From positions 7,602-71,601 of the forward strand of contig JBFWXS010000002.1 in NCBI GenBank assembly GCA_050187175.1: DNA of 64,000 bases, written 5' to 3'. Both the position numbers and the translations under genes were made by a program. Origin of the DNA: Burkholderiaceae bacterium. GTDB lineage: Bacteria; Pseudomonadota; Gammaproteobacteria; Burkholderiales; Burkholderiaceae_E. Positions 16,776 through 26,326 of the stretch are shown here, in pieces. Under the pieces are notes generated by a model. That model was not told where the DNA came from, searched no databases, and worked only from the letters and a program-made list of their open reading frames with translations. Each line of letters begins with the position of its first letter. The first letter of the stretch is position 1.

Positions 16776-17510
16776 ATGAAGACCATTGGTGCGCGCAATA
16801 CTTCGCGCAATGCCGACGCGGCCTCCGGTACTGCCGTGCCGCACTTGAGAAGCTACGATCGTCTCTTGTTGACCGCGGAACGCCTCTATGCGGAGCGCGG
16901 CATTGATGGCGTGTCCTTGCGCGAGATCGCCCGGGAGGCCGAGCAGAAGAACAACTCTGCGTTGCTCTACTATTTCGGCTCGAAAGAGGCCTTGGTCGAC
17001 GCCATCCTCGACCTGCGTGTGCGAGAAATCGAAGAGGCGCGCAACGCGTTCCTCGACCAGCTCGAGGCCGAGGGTTCGAGCAGTGTCCGGTGCGCAGTCG
17101 AGGCCATGGTCCGCCCTCTGGCCCGCGGCTTGATGTCCTCGCGTCCGAACTACTACAACCGATTCTTGGCGGCGGCCCAGATGAACCCGGCGATCGACCT
17201 GGCTCATTATGGGGAGGACGGCTTGCGCGGCTTCAAACGGGCCTATGCAATGCTCGAGAGATCGCTGCCGCAACTTCCGGCTGCGTTGGTGCGCCAGAGG
17301 TATCTGACCGCCGTGGCAATGATCGCTTTCAGTCTTGCGGATTTCGAGCGCATCAAGGCGCGCAAGGCAAAGGACAGCCGAGGCTTCGACATGGGCCGCG
17401 CGGTTGAGAATCTGATCGACATGATTGCAGGGGCGCTGAGCGCACCTGTGTCTGAGCAGGTTGGCGCCTTCTTCGCAGCCGTTCGGAAAACGCCCGCCGG
17501 CGACAGCTAG
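16776..17510 (+). CDS. TetR/AcrR family transcriptional regulator
   Basis: LLLTAERLYAERGIDGVSLREIAREA...ALLYYFGSKEALV HTH. Confidence 0.92.
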   Translation: MKTIGARNTSRNADAASGTAVPHLRSYDRLLLTAERLYAERGIDGVSLREIAREAEQKNNSALLYYFGSKEALVDAILDLRVREIEEARNAFLDQLEAEGSSSVRCAVEAMVRPLARGLMSSRPNYYNRFLAAAQMNPAIDLAHYGEDGLRGFKRAYAMLERSLPQLPAALVRQRYLTAVAMIAFSLADFERIKARKAKDSRGFDMGRAVENLIDMIAGALSAPVSEQVGAFFAAVRKTPAGDS

Positions 17511-17574
17511 GGAGGGCCTTACGACAGCTCGGCCCCGGTCGGGCTGTCGGCCTCAACGGCTCACTCCCGCGTGC

Positions 17575-17841
17575 GCAGAGAAGTCGGCTGCCCCGCATCG
17601 GAATCTGGCGGATGTCGAGGGCTTCGCTGCCCGGCTGGACGTATTGCCGTACGACCTGGACGCGGCGGTACACACCGGGCAGCTTCGGGCCGAACTGGCC
17701 AGGGCGGGCACACCGATCGGTCCCTACGACCAGATGATCGCCGGGCATGCTCGTTCCCGCGGCCTGATTCTGGTGACGAATGAGCGGCGGGAATTCGAGC
17801 GCGTGCCGGGGCTGCGTATCGAGGACTGGGCGATTCCTTGA
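17575..17841 (+). pseudogene. vapC: 5'-truncated VapC (PIN-domain tRNA-fMet endonuclease toxin) remnant; no vapB
   Basis: AEKSAAPHRNLADVEGFAARLDVLPYD...PIGPYDQMIAGHARSRGLILVTNERREFERVPGLRIEDW matches the C-terminal two thirds of enteric-type VapC; the N-terminal LDTN segment is absent and there is no start codon. Confidence 0.8.
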
Positions 17842-17851
17842 TGCGTGCTGC

Positions 17852-18679
17852 TTAACGGCTGGTCGCGTCCCCAGGCACCCTCAATCCCAGCCGCAGCAGC
17901 TGCTGCCAGGCCTCCTCCGCGTCGTCCGCGTATGCGAACAAGCCGAGATCGGCTGGCGAAACCATTCCTTCCTCGACCAGTGCATCGAAGTTGATGATGC
18001 GGCGCCAGTAGGCGCCGTCGAACAGCACGATGGGCAGTTCGGTGACCTTGTTCGTCTGACGCAAGGTCAGCAGCTCGAACAGCTCGTCCAGCGTACCGAA
18101 TCCGCCTGGGAACACCACCAGCGCCTTGGCGCGCATTGCCAGATGCATCTTGCGCATCGCGAAGTAGTGGAAGCGGAAGGTCAGTGCCGGCGTGGTCCAG
18201 GGGTTGGGTTCCTGTTCGTGCGGCAGCGTGATGTTCAGGCCTATGGACGGAGCGCCGGCCTCGGTGGCCCCGCGGTTGGCGGCCTCCATGATGCCGGGAC
18301 CGCCGCCGGTGGCGATGACGTTATGGCGCAGGCCGTCCTGCAGGCGCAGCGCGCCGCCACGCTCGGACACGATGCGGCCGAGCTGCCGCGCCTGTTCGTA
18401 CAGATACGCGGCGCGGTGCGAGTTGCGCGCTGTGCCGGCGACCGATGGCGGCGGCTCGTTCAGAGCCGCGTCATGGTGCTTGCCTTCGCGCAGCCGCGCG
18501 CTGCCGAACACGACCACGGTGGACTCGACGCCTGCATGGCGCAGGAACTCGTCCGCCTTGGCGTATTCGAGCAGGAAGCGCACGCCGCGCATCGACTCGC
18601 CGAGCAGGAACGATTCGTCGAGGGCAGGCAGGCGGTAGCTGGGAGAGTCCTTCTGGTTCTGATTGTCAGGGCGTGTCAT
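17852..18679 (-). CDS. LOG family (TIGR00730-like, lysine-decarboxylase-like Rossmann fold) nucleotide phosphoribohydrolase
   Basis: VVFGSAR, TGGGPGIMEAANRGA, FHYFAMRKMH, PGGFGTLDELFE. Confidence 0.92.
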   Translation of the reverse strand: MTRPDNQNQKDSPSYRLPALDESFLLGESMRGVRFLLEYAKADEFLRHAGVESTVVVFGSARLREGKHHDAALNEPPPSVAGTARNSHRAAYLYEQARQLGRIVSERGGALRLQDGLRHNVIATGGGPGIMEAANRGATEAGAPSIGLNITLPHEQEPNPWTTPALTFRFHYFAMRKMHLAMRAKALVVFPGGFGTLDELFELLTLRQTNKVTELPIVLFDGAYWRRIINFDALVEEGMVSPADLGLFAYADDAEEAWQQLLRLGLRVPGDATSR

Positions 18680-18721
18680 GGGATCGGGGAGCGGATTGCA
18701 TGGCCACCCGAAACCATACGC

Positions 18722-19693
18722 TCATTGCCCTCGAATACCGAGTTCCGGCAACAACCTGGCGTAGTGGTCGCTTTCCTTTCGCATGTAGCTTCCGAATGCG
18801 TCGGCGCTCATGCGCGGAGCGATCTCGAGGCTCATCGTCGTGAGCTGCTTGCCCGCCTCGGGCGACGCGAGCGCGGCGGCGACCGCGGCATTCAGGCGCT
18901 CCTTGATCTCGGGCTTCAGCCCGTTCGGTGCGAACATGCCGAAGTAGGGCCCGCCGTCGACGCCCTTGATGCCTACCTCTTCCATCGTCGGAACGTTCGG
19001 GAACTCTGCCAGGCGCTGCGAAGCGGCCACCGCGAGCAGCTTCAGCCGGCCGGCCTTGACGTGAGGAAGCGCGATACCGGGATCGAACATCACCTGAAAA
19101 TGCCCGCCGAGCAGGTCCTTCAATGCGTCGCCGGCGCCCTTATAGGGAACGTGGTTCATCCGGATGCCGGTTTCGCGGCTGAAGGTCTCCGCGGCCAGGT
19201 GCAGCGCCGTGCCGGAGCCGGCCGAGCCGTAGTTGAGCGTGCCCGGGTTCTCCTTCGCGTACTTGACGAAGGCCGCCGCGCTGTCGACCGGCACCGACGG
19301 GTGGACCACCAGGTTCATCGGAATGCGCACTGCCGGCGCGATCGGCGTCAAGGCCTTGCGCGGGTCGAAGTCCGAGCGCGGGATCAGCTGCGGTGTGATT
19401 ACCACCATGCTGCCGGCGGAGAACAGGAAGGTCTGCCCATCCGGCTTGGCGCGGGCTACTTCCTGCTGTCCGATATAGCCTTCGCCGCCGGGCCGGTTCT
19501 CGACCACGACAGGCTGGCCGAGCGTGGCATGCAGATGCGGTGCGATGACGCGCATGGCCCGGTCGGCCACGCCGCCGGGCGCAGCATTCACCACGATGCG
19601 GATCGGCCGGGCAGGCCACTCTTCGGCGTGCAGCGGCAGCGGCGAGCTCAGCGCCATGCCCAGCGCGCAGGCGGTGATCAGAACATGCTTCAT
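18722..19693 (-). CDS. Bug/TctC substrate-binding protein
   Basis: Sec-type signal, WPARPIRIVV, PGGVAD, ENRPGG, YGSAGSG, HVPYKG. Confidence 0.92.
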   Translation of the reverse strand: MKHVLITACALGMALSSPLPLHAEEWPARPIRIVVNAAPGGVADRAMRVIAPHLHATLGQPVVVENRPGGEGYIGQQEVARAKPDGQTFLFSAGSMVVITPQLIPRSDFDPRKALTPIAPAVRIPMNLVVHPSVPVDSAAAFVKYAKENPGTLNYGSAGSGTALHLAAETFSRETGIRMNHVPYKGAGDALKDLLGGHFQVMFDPGIALPHVKAGRLKLLAVAASQRLAEFPNVPTMEEVGIKGVDGGPYFGMFAPNGLKPEIKERLNAAVAAALASPEAGKQLTTMSLEIAPRMSADAFGSYMRKESDHYARLLPELGIRGQ

Positions 19694-19775
19694 CGTCGTC
19701 TCCTTCGTTCTTTGTCGCAAGGATGCGAGGCCATCAAGCTCGCACCCGGCAGGTGCTTCAGCTATTCGAGATGCT

Positions 19776-21437
19776 TCAGGCCATCGCCGGCATGACGGTC
19801 GCCGCGCCGAGGATTTGATCGAGCAGCTCGGATGGATCGGCGGGCAATCGATCGCCGCGCCACGCGACGTGGTGATCGGTGCGTACCAGGCAGAGGCGGG
19901 TGCCGTACAGTGCGTGGTATCGATCCTCTATCAGTCTCGTGACGCTCATCGGGATCCGCCGCTCACGCGCCTGGGCCAGCAAGGGCTCGAATTCGGATTG
20001 CGCCGCATCGAACGGCGCGAACAGCGTGAAGCCGTCTCCGACGCAGTCGTACACCGACCGGCCGTCGTTGAGCCAGAAATGCGGCGCCAGGCATCCGGGG
20101 TGCGCCGACGGTTCATACTCGGTGACCTGTTCCGCGGGCGGGCTGCTGCCGTCATGAATGATCAGCGGCGAATCCTTGTACCGGTACCCCAGTACCAGGC
20201 CGAGGCTGCGGAACTCGCGCAGCTTGACCTTCTTGATGAGGGCGCCGGCCTCGATGCGAGCCCGTTCGCCCGCGGCGTCGTCGCGTTCCAGGTCTGCATG
20301 CGCGAGCTGGTTGGCGACCACCGAGTAGTTCTCGACGGCCTCGTCCATGACCCGTTCGTGAACCGGCTTGCGTTCCTGTTCGTACGAATCCAGCAGGCCT
20401 CGGCCGCCCCAGCCCTGCAGCGCCGCGGCCAGTTTCCAGCCGAGGTCGACTGCGTCGCCGAGACCCATGTTCATGCCATAGCCGCCGAACGGCGGATGCA
20501 GATGGCATGCATCGCCGGCCAGAAAGACGCGGCCCGACCGGTAGCGGTCGGCGACCAGTCGATGCGCCGTCCATGGATCGGTGCTGACGATTTCCATCTC
20601 GAAGTCCAGGCCCGTGGACCGCCGGATCAAGGCCTTCGGATCGATCGACGCCGGATCGACGCCGTCGCCGATGCGTGTGGCGATCAGGTACCAGAGCCCG
20701 TCCGAGTCCATCGGCCCCATGAGCGCAGGCACGTCCGAATTGACCATCCAGTACTGCACGGCCGCGCCTTTGTCGTGCATCGCTGCCAGCGCAGGTGCGC
20801 GGAGCAGGACGTTGTAGTTCGGCGAGATCGCGCCCAGCCCGCTCATGGCGATGCCTAGCAGCTGCCGCACCGTGCTGCGGCCGCCGTCGCAGCCCACGAC
20901 GTAGCGTGCGCGCAGCGTCCTGCGGGCGCCGGAGTCGGCGTCCTCGATCACGGCGCGGGTCTCCATCTGGCCTTGCTCGACGGCGACCAGATTGGAACGG
21001 AACTGCACGTCGACCTTCGGCAGCTCGCGCACCCTCGACAGCAGCACTTGCTCCAGCGTGTACTGCGGCAGCCAGGCCGCCGACTCGGCGTAGTGCTCGT
21101 GGCCGTCCTGCGCGCAGCAGAAGGCATTCTTGAAACGTGCAAGCACCGGCCCGTTCATCCGCAGCGCGAACACGATGTCGGACGGATAAGCGGGAGGCAT
21201 CGGCGAGGCGTCGCGCAGCCGGTCGGCCAGCCCCCAGCGGCGCATCAGCGCCATCGACCGCACGTTCGTGAGCTTGGCGCGCGGGTTGTATCCGACTCTT
21301 GCGTTCTTCTCGATCAGCACGCACGCGATGCCTCGCGATCCCAGCTCGATGGCCAGCGCCATGCCCACGGGACCGGCGCCGACGATCAGGACGTCGGTAT
21401 CGGCAGGCTGCGAGGGCTTTGTTTCGCTGAAAGTCAT
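19776..21437 (-). CDS. FAD-dependent monooxygenase (FAD_binding_3, aromatic hydroxylase family)
   Basis: VLIVGAGPVG, VGCDGGRSTVR, RVFLAGDACHLHPPFGGYGMNMG, LVRTDHHVAWRG; ATG 21437 after GAGGAG. Confidence 0.93.
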   Translation of the reverse strand: MTFSETKPSQPADTDVLIVGAGPVGMALAIELGSRGIACVLIEKNARVGYNPRAKLTNVRSMALMRRWGLADRLRDASPMPPAYPSDIVFALRMNGPVLARFKNAFCCAQDGHEHYAESAAWLPQYTLEQVLLSRVRELPKVDVQFRSNLVAVEQGQMETRAVIEDADSGARRTLRARYVVGCDGGRSTVRQLLGIAMSGLGAISPNYNVLLRAPALAAMHDKGAAVQYWMVNSDVPALMGPMDSDGLWYLIATRIGDGVDPASIDPKALIRRSTGLDFEMEIVSTDPWTAHRLVADRYRSGRVFLAGDACHLHPPFGGYGMNMGLGDAVDLGWKLAAALQGWGGRGLLDSYEQERKPVHERVMDEAVENYSVVANQLAHADLERDDAAGERARIEAGALIKKVKLREFRSLGLVLGYRYKDSPLIIHDGSSPPAEQVTEYEPSAHPGCLAPHFWLNDGRSVYDCVGDGFTLFAPFDAAQSEFEPLLAQARERRIPMSVTRLIEDRYHALYGTRLCLVRTDHHVAWRGDRLPADPSELLDQILGAATVMPAMA

Positions 21438-21550
21438 GGTCTCCTCGTGGTTCGGCGACGGGGCGTCGGTGCAGGCCAGAAGGATAGGAAGCCATGGCAA
21501 TGCCGAATAGATGGTAAAAATGTAGATCTGATTCCTTATGGTTATCCTCC

Positions 21551-22501
21551 ATGAAGCTCCACAATCTGCGCGATTTCATCGCGGTCGCCCGGGCCGGCAG
21601 CATTCACCAGGCGGCCAGGGAGCTGCAGCTGAGCCAGCCAGCGCTGACCAAGAGCATTCGCCAGCTCGAGAAGGAGCTCGGAACGCCCTTGTTCGACCGG
21701 ACGGCCAAGGGGGCGGCGCTGAACCAGATGGGCAGGCGCTTCCTGCTGCGCGCCGAGACCGCGGCGAACGAGCTGAGCCGAGGCCGGGACGAGCTGACTC
21801 AACTGATGGGCGCCCGCGGCGGCCGCGTCGCGTTCGCGGTATCGGGAACGCCTTCGCTGCTGTTCCTGGCCGGGGCTTTGAAGGCGTTCCGGCAGCGCTA
21901 TCCGCTGGCCCAGGTGCGCATCGTCGAAGGGCTGCTGCCCGTGATGCTGCCGGAGCTGCGCGACAGCCGCATCGACTTCGTGATGGCTCCCCGACCTGCC
22001 AGATCGCTGGGCAAGGAGTACGCGGTCACGCCGGTGTTCTCGCACAAGCGAGCCGTGGTGGGCGGCGTTCATCATCCGCTGCGGCGTGCGCGCTCGCTCG
22101 CCGACCTGGTCGACGCGGAATGGATCCTGACCGCCGCTGCCGGCCCACGGGCGATCGAGTTCGATGAGGTCTTCAGCGTGCGCGGCCTGCGCGTGCCGGC
22201 CGCGCGTGTGCAGTGCGAATCCCTCATGGCGCTGGTGAGCCTGCTGGCCAATACCGAGCTGCTGGCGCTGCTGCCGGAAGACTGGATCAGGACACCGCTC
22301 ACGGCGCGCGTGCTCACCAAGTTTCCCATCGACGATGAAATCGATGGGCCCGACATCTGCATGATCCGGCGCGAGGGCTTGCCGCTGACACCGGCCGCGG
22401 AAGCGTTCTCGGACGCGCTGCTGCGCGAGGCCGAATACCTGCGGCCCCGCCCGAGCGCTGCCAGGAGCCGGCCCGAGCGGGGTACGCGCGCGAAATCCTG
22501 A
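21551..22501 (+). CDS. LysR family transcriptional regulator (TsaR-like)
   Basis: MKLHNLRDF...GSIHQAARELQLSQPALTKSIRQLEKELG HTH; divergent from the monooxygenase. Confidence 0.93.
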   Translation: MKLHNLRDFIAVARAGSIHQAARELQLSQPALTKSIRQLEKELGTPLFDRTAKGAALNQMGRRFLLRAETAANELSRGRDELTQLMGARGGRVAFAVSGTPSLLFLAGALKAFRQRYPLAQVRIVEGLLPVMLPELRDSRIDFVMAPRPARSLGKEYAVTPVFSHKRAVVGGVHHPLRRARSLADLVDAEWILTAAAGPRAIEFDEVFSVRGLRVPAARVQCESLMALVSLLANTELLALLPEDWIRTPLTARVLTKFPIDDEIDGPDICMIRREGLPLTPAAEAFSDALLREAEYLRPRPSAARSRPERGTRAKS

Positions 22502-22515
22502 GGTCTGGGCTTTCC

Positions 22516-23445
22516 TCAGTCCTTTCCCGCCTCGTCAGAGACAGGCGACAGCTCGGTGCGCAGCGTTTCGACCAGGCAGTGCGCGAAGTACGCCGCCGCC
22601 GGCGTCAGCGGCGTGTCGGCTCGCCTCAGCATCGTCAATTCCAGGTCGAAGGGCTGGATGGCCGTGCCGGGCACCCCCACGATGTCGCGCGTCTCGGGCT
22701 TGCCCAGCATCAGCTCGGGCATGATGCTCACGCAGTCGTTCCTGCGCTGCAGCGAGAAGATCTGCAGCGCATCGCAGACCACGTAGCGCGACGGCGGCGG
22801 CACGCCGGCGCGGCCGAACATCTCGGCCAGCCGCGACTCCCGCTCGTGCAGCGGATGACGGCTGTAGATCCATTCGTAGCGGACCAGCTCTTCGGCGGTC
22901 GGTGCCGCGAGCGCCGGGTGGCCGCGCCGCACGACCACTCGCTGCGGAATCCGCTGCAGCAGCTGGGTGCGGAAGTCGTCGCCGCGCAGCTCGCCGGCGT
23001 CGGCCGCCACCACCGCGAGGTCGAGCGTCCCGTCGCGCAGCCGCGGCAGGACCCGCGCCATCACGCTCTCGCTGAATTCCACGCGAACCTGCCTGTAGCG
23101 CTGGCGGAACCAGTGGAAGGCTTCGCCCAGCGCGGTCAGCGATACGTACGGGATCAGGCCGACCCGCAGCGTGCCGGAATCGGCGCCGTTCGCCTGCTGC
23201 AGGTCCTCGCGCGCGAGCTCGGCTTCGCGCGTGATCAGGCGGGCTCGCGGCAGCAGCCGCTGCCCGGCTTCGGTCAGGTCGACGCCGCGGGAGCGCCGCA
23301 CCAGCAGCGCCACGCCCGCCTCTTCCTCCAGCTCCTGCATCGCCTTGGTCACCGCTGATTGCGACAGGTTCAGGAAGCGGGCTCCGCCGCGGATGCTGCC
23401 CTGCTCGACCACCGCCACCAAGGTCCGCAGCTGACGAAGGTTCAT
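22516..23445 (-). CDS. LysR family transcriptional regulator
   Basis: MNLRQLRTL...GSIRGGARFLNLSQSAVTKAMQELE HTH. Confidence 0.92.
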   Translation of the reverse strand: MNLRQLRTLVAVVEQGSIRGGARFLNLSQSAVTKAMQELEEEAGVALLVRRSRGVDLTEAGQRLLPRARLITREAELAREDLQQANGADSGTLRVGLIPYVSLTALGEAFHWFRQRYRQVRVEFSESVMARVLPRLRDGTLDLAVVAADAGELRGDDFRTQLLQRIPQRVVVRRGHPALAAPTAEELVRYEWIYSRHPLHERESRLAEMFGRAGVPPPSRYVVCDALQIFSLQRRNDCVSIMPELMLGKPETRDIVGVPGTAIQPFDLELTMLRRADTPLTPAAAYFAHCLVETLRTELSPVSDEAGKD

Positions 23446-23499
23446 CGGATGCGATATCGAAAAGTTCTCGGAGAGGGGATTTTGACACCTCCCCTGCGA

Positions 23500-23520
23500 G
23501 TGATCACCAAAGGTGTTCAC
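23500..23520. promoter_or_regulatory. Putative LysR binding site
   Basis: Inverted repeat GTGATCACC-AAA-GGTGTTCAC (1 mismatch) between divergent lysR and bug. Confidence 0.55.
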
Positions 23521-23611
23521 GACGAGGATTTCGATTCTTCCCGCCTGGGCCGCCGCTGCTTAGCATCCGGGCATTCCAGTTCAACTCGCGGCGCAACGAC
23601 AGGAGGAGGGG

Positions 23612-24604
23612 ATGAAAGATCGGCGTCAGTTCATCAACGCGGCCGGAGCCGTCATGCTGGCCGGTGCATTGCAGCCAGGAGCCGCCGCGGCCCAGTCGCG
23701 CTATCCGTCCAAGCCGGTTCGCTGGATCGTCCCGTTCCCGCCCGGTTCGCCGGTCGACAGCGTGGCCCGCAGGCTCGGTGACGCGGTGGCCAGGGTCCTG
23801 GGGGTCGCCGTGGTCGTCGAGAACAAGCCCGGCGGCGGCGGCACGATAGGTGCTGCCGAGGTTGCTCGCGCCGCGCCCGACGGCTACACGCTGCTGGTCG
23901 CCATCCCCGACCCGCTGGTCAGTGCAATGGCCGTGCACAAAGGCCTGCGCTACGACCCGCGGAAGGACTTCTCGTTCATCAGCAAGATCTCCGCGAACGG
24001 GCCCGTACTGGTGGCGCATCCCGGCGTGAGCGCCGACAGCTTCAGCGCGCTGGTGGCGCAGGCCAAGGCCCAAGGGACCGAGTTCAGCTATGGCTCGTGG
24101 GGGCCCGGCAGCCTGCCTATGCAGCTGATGCAGTCGGTGGCGCGGCAGGCAGGCGTGAAGTTCCAGGAGGTCACCTATGCCGGTTCCCCGCCGGCCATGC
24201 AGGATCTGCTCGGCGGTCGCATCGACATGAGCCTGACCGCGCCGCATCTTGCTGCCGGTCTCATCGCGAGCGGCAAGATCAAGGCGCTCGCTTCGCTGGG
24301 GTCGAGCCGCTCGCCGTTGCTGCCCACGGTGCAGACCTTCGCCGAAGCCGGCTTTCCGGGCTTCGTCTTCACCAACTACATCTGGATCGGCCTGCTCGGT
24401 CCCGCCGGAATGGAAAGTGCGGTCCGGGACAGGATGGCGCAGGCCGTGCAGCTCGCGCTGCAGGGGCCGGCGATGCGCGACTTCCTCGGTCAGAACGGCT
24501 TCATGCCGATCGGCAGTACACCCGCGCAGTTCGAGCAGGAGTACCGCACCGAGGCCGAGGTGATTCCCGGCCTGATCCGCGAGCTGGGCGTCGTACCGCA
24601 GTAG
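23612..24604 (+). CDS. Bug/TctC substrate-binding protein
   Basis: DRRQFINAAG Tat-like leader, YPSKPVRWIVPFPPG, ENKPGGGG, PDGYTLL. Confidence 0.92.
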   Translation: MKDRRQFINAAGAVMLAGALQPGAAAAQSRYPSKPVRWIVPFPPGSPVDSVARRLGDAVARVLGVAVVVENKPGGGGTIGAAEVARAAPDGYTLLVAIPDPLVSAMAVHKGLRYDPRKDFSFISKISANGPVLVAHPGVSADSFSALVAQAKAQGTEFSYGSWGPGSLPMQLMQSVARQAGVKFQEVTYAGSPPAMQDLLGGRIDMSLTAPHLAAGLIASGKIKALASLGSSRSPLLPTVQTFAEAGFPGFVFTNYIWIGLLGPAGMESAVRDRMAQAVQLALQGPAMRDFLGQNGFMPIGSTPAQFEQEYRTEAEVIPGLIRELGVVPQ

Positions 24605-24741
24605 CGGCGCCCGATAGCTCGCCGGCCGCAACCCGGCAGCACGCTGATACACGACAGGCCGCCACGAACGTGGCGGCAGGTCCCCGCTTTGCCGTTTCCA
24701 GCCGCTTTCGCGGCGCTCAGAACCGTAGAAAGGACCTCGAC

Positions 24742-25710
24742 ATGGCGCCCACGCCTGCCCCTCGTCTGAAGCTCATTGCCCTGGAAGAGCATTTCGTCCT
24801 CTCCGACATCGTCGCGACGCACGGCGAGGCCGATCGCGCCGTGCTGTCGCCCTCGCGCTTTCCGGGTGTCGACGAAGTGGGCGAGATCCGCCTGCGGCTG
24901 ATGGACGAAGCCGGGATCGACGTACAGGTGCTGTCGCATGCCAAACCCGGCGTTCAGGACATGGCCGACGTCGAGCGTGCCCACTCGTTGTCGATCATGG
25001 CCAACGATTTCCTGGCGCAGACCGTCAAGGCGCATCCCGACCGGTTCGCCGGGTTCGCCACGCTGGCCACGGCAGCGCCGCAGCAAGCGGCGCGTGAGCT
25101 CGAGCGGACGGTACGCGAGCATGGCTTCAAGGGAGCCATGATCAATGGCCACACGCGCGGCCGGTATCTCGACGATCCGTTCTTCTGGGGCATCTTCGAA
25201 GCCGCCGAGGCGCTGGACGTGCCCATCTATCTTCACCCGGCCAGTCCGCACCCGGCGGTCTACGATGCCTACTTCAAGGATCACCCGGCACTGAGCCATG
25301 CTGCGTGGGGCTACGGCATCGAGAACGGCACGCACGTGCTCAAATTGATCCTGGGCGGCGTCTTCGACCGCTTCCCGCGCCTGAAGATCATCATCGGCCA
25401 CATGGGCGAACTGCTGCCGTTCGCGCTGTGGCGCGTGAACAGCCGCCTGAAGCCGGCCTACCCGCATCTGAAGCGGTCGATCCGCGAGTACTTCCTCGAT
25501 CACTTCAGCATCACCACGTCCGGCGTGTTCTCCACGCCCGAGCTGATGTGCACCGCCAGCGTCGTGGGTTTCGACAATATCCTGTTCTCGGTCGACTACC
25601 CGTTCGAGTCCAACCTCGAGGCAGTGCGCTGGTTCGAGACCGCACCCATCGCCGACGTCGACCGCGCCAAGGTCGCCCATCTCAATGCGCAGCGGCTGCT
25701 GAAGCTGTAG
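24742..25710 (+). CDS. Amidohydrolase_2 family non-oxidative aromatic-acid decarboxylase (2,3-dihydroxybenzoate/gamma-resorcylate decarboxylase-like)
   Basis: IALEEHF, MDEAGIDVQVLS, PIYLHP, GHMGE, ITTSG, FSVDYPFE; ATG after AGGA. Confidence 0.85.
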   Translation: MAPTPAPRLKLIALEEHFVLSDIVATHGEADRAVLSPSRFPGVDEVGEIRLRLMDEAGIDVQVLSHAKPGVQDMADVERAHSLSIMANDFLAQTVKAHPDRFAGFATLATAAPQQAARELERTVREHGFKGAMINGHTRGRYLDDPFFWGIFEAAEALDVPIYLHPASPHPAVYDAYFKDHPALSHAAWGYGIENGTHVLKLILGGVFDRFPRLKIIIGHMGELLPFALWRVNSRLKPAYPHLKRSIREYFLDHFSITTSGVFSTPELMCTASVVGFDNILFSVDYPFESNLEAVRWFETAPIADVDRAKVAHLNAQRLLKL

Positions 25711-25741
25711 TCGCCCGCCGATCGATGACGAGGGGAAAGCC

Positions 25742-26281
25742 GTGGCCTTGCGCGCGCAACTGAAGCACGTCGGCATCTACGTGCAGGACATCGACGTCAT
25801 GACGCGGTACTACACCGAAGTGTTCGGACTGGTCGTGACCGACACCGGCGTCTCGCAGCAGTTCCAGAACCGGATCCACTTCCTGAGCGCGGATGCGCAG
25901 TCCCATCACCAGCTCGTGCTGATCGGCGGGCGAGACGTCGCGCAGCAGCCCAGCACCGTCAACCAGTTGTCGTTCAAGGTGGAGCGGATCGACGACCTGC
26001 GTACGCTGCATGAACGGCTTCAGCGCTTCGGAAACGAGCCGGTGCGTGCGGTGGACCACGGCAACTCGTGGTCGCTGTACGCGCGCGATCCCGAAGGCAA
26101 CGGGATCGAGGCCTACCTGGATACGCCGTGGCACGTCAGTCAACCGCATGCGCGGCCGCTGGATCTGGATCTTGCGGACGACGAGCTCCTGCAGTCGACG
26201 CGGGCGGCCGTGCTGCGCGACCCCACCTACATCGAGCGAAGCGCGTGGTCGACGCAGCTCGAACGGATCCTGGCCGGATAG
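25742..26281 (+). CDS. VOC/glyoxalase family protein
   Basis: LKHVGIYV, HHQLVL, VNQLSF, DHGNSWSLYARDPEGNGIEAY. Confidence 0.85.
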   Translation: MALRAQLKHVGIYVQDIDVMTRYYTEVFGLVVTDTGVSQQFQNRIHFLSADAQSHHQLVLIGGRDVAQQPSTVNQLSFKVERIDDLRTLHERLQRFGNEPVRAVDHGNSWSLYARDPEGNGIEAYLDTPWHVSQPHARPLDLDLADDELLQSTRAAVLRDPTYIERSAWSTQLERILAG

Positions 26282-26326
26282 AGACCCGGCCCCGATCGAT
26301 ATTGGATATACAGCAGAGGATTCGAC

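Noticed and set aside
17461-17841. 126-aa ORF as an intact VapC toxin
   Set aside because: The first ~38 codons overlap tetR or the spacer and are not PIN-like; the N-terminal catalytic Asp motif is missing, so it is called a pseudogene.
17852-18679. LOG protein next to vapC as a SLOG-type anti-phage system
   Set aside because: It looks like a standard stand-alone TIGR00730-type LOG; the vapC is broken and convergently oriented, with no effector or TIR partner.
24658-24677. Hairpin GCCGCCACG-AA-CGTGGCGGC after the bug gene as a terminator or REP
   Set aside because: No U-tract and no second copy noticed; at most an mRNA-stabilising stem.
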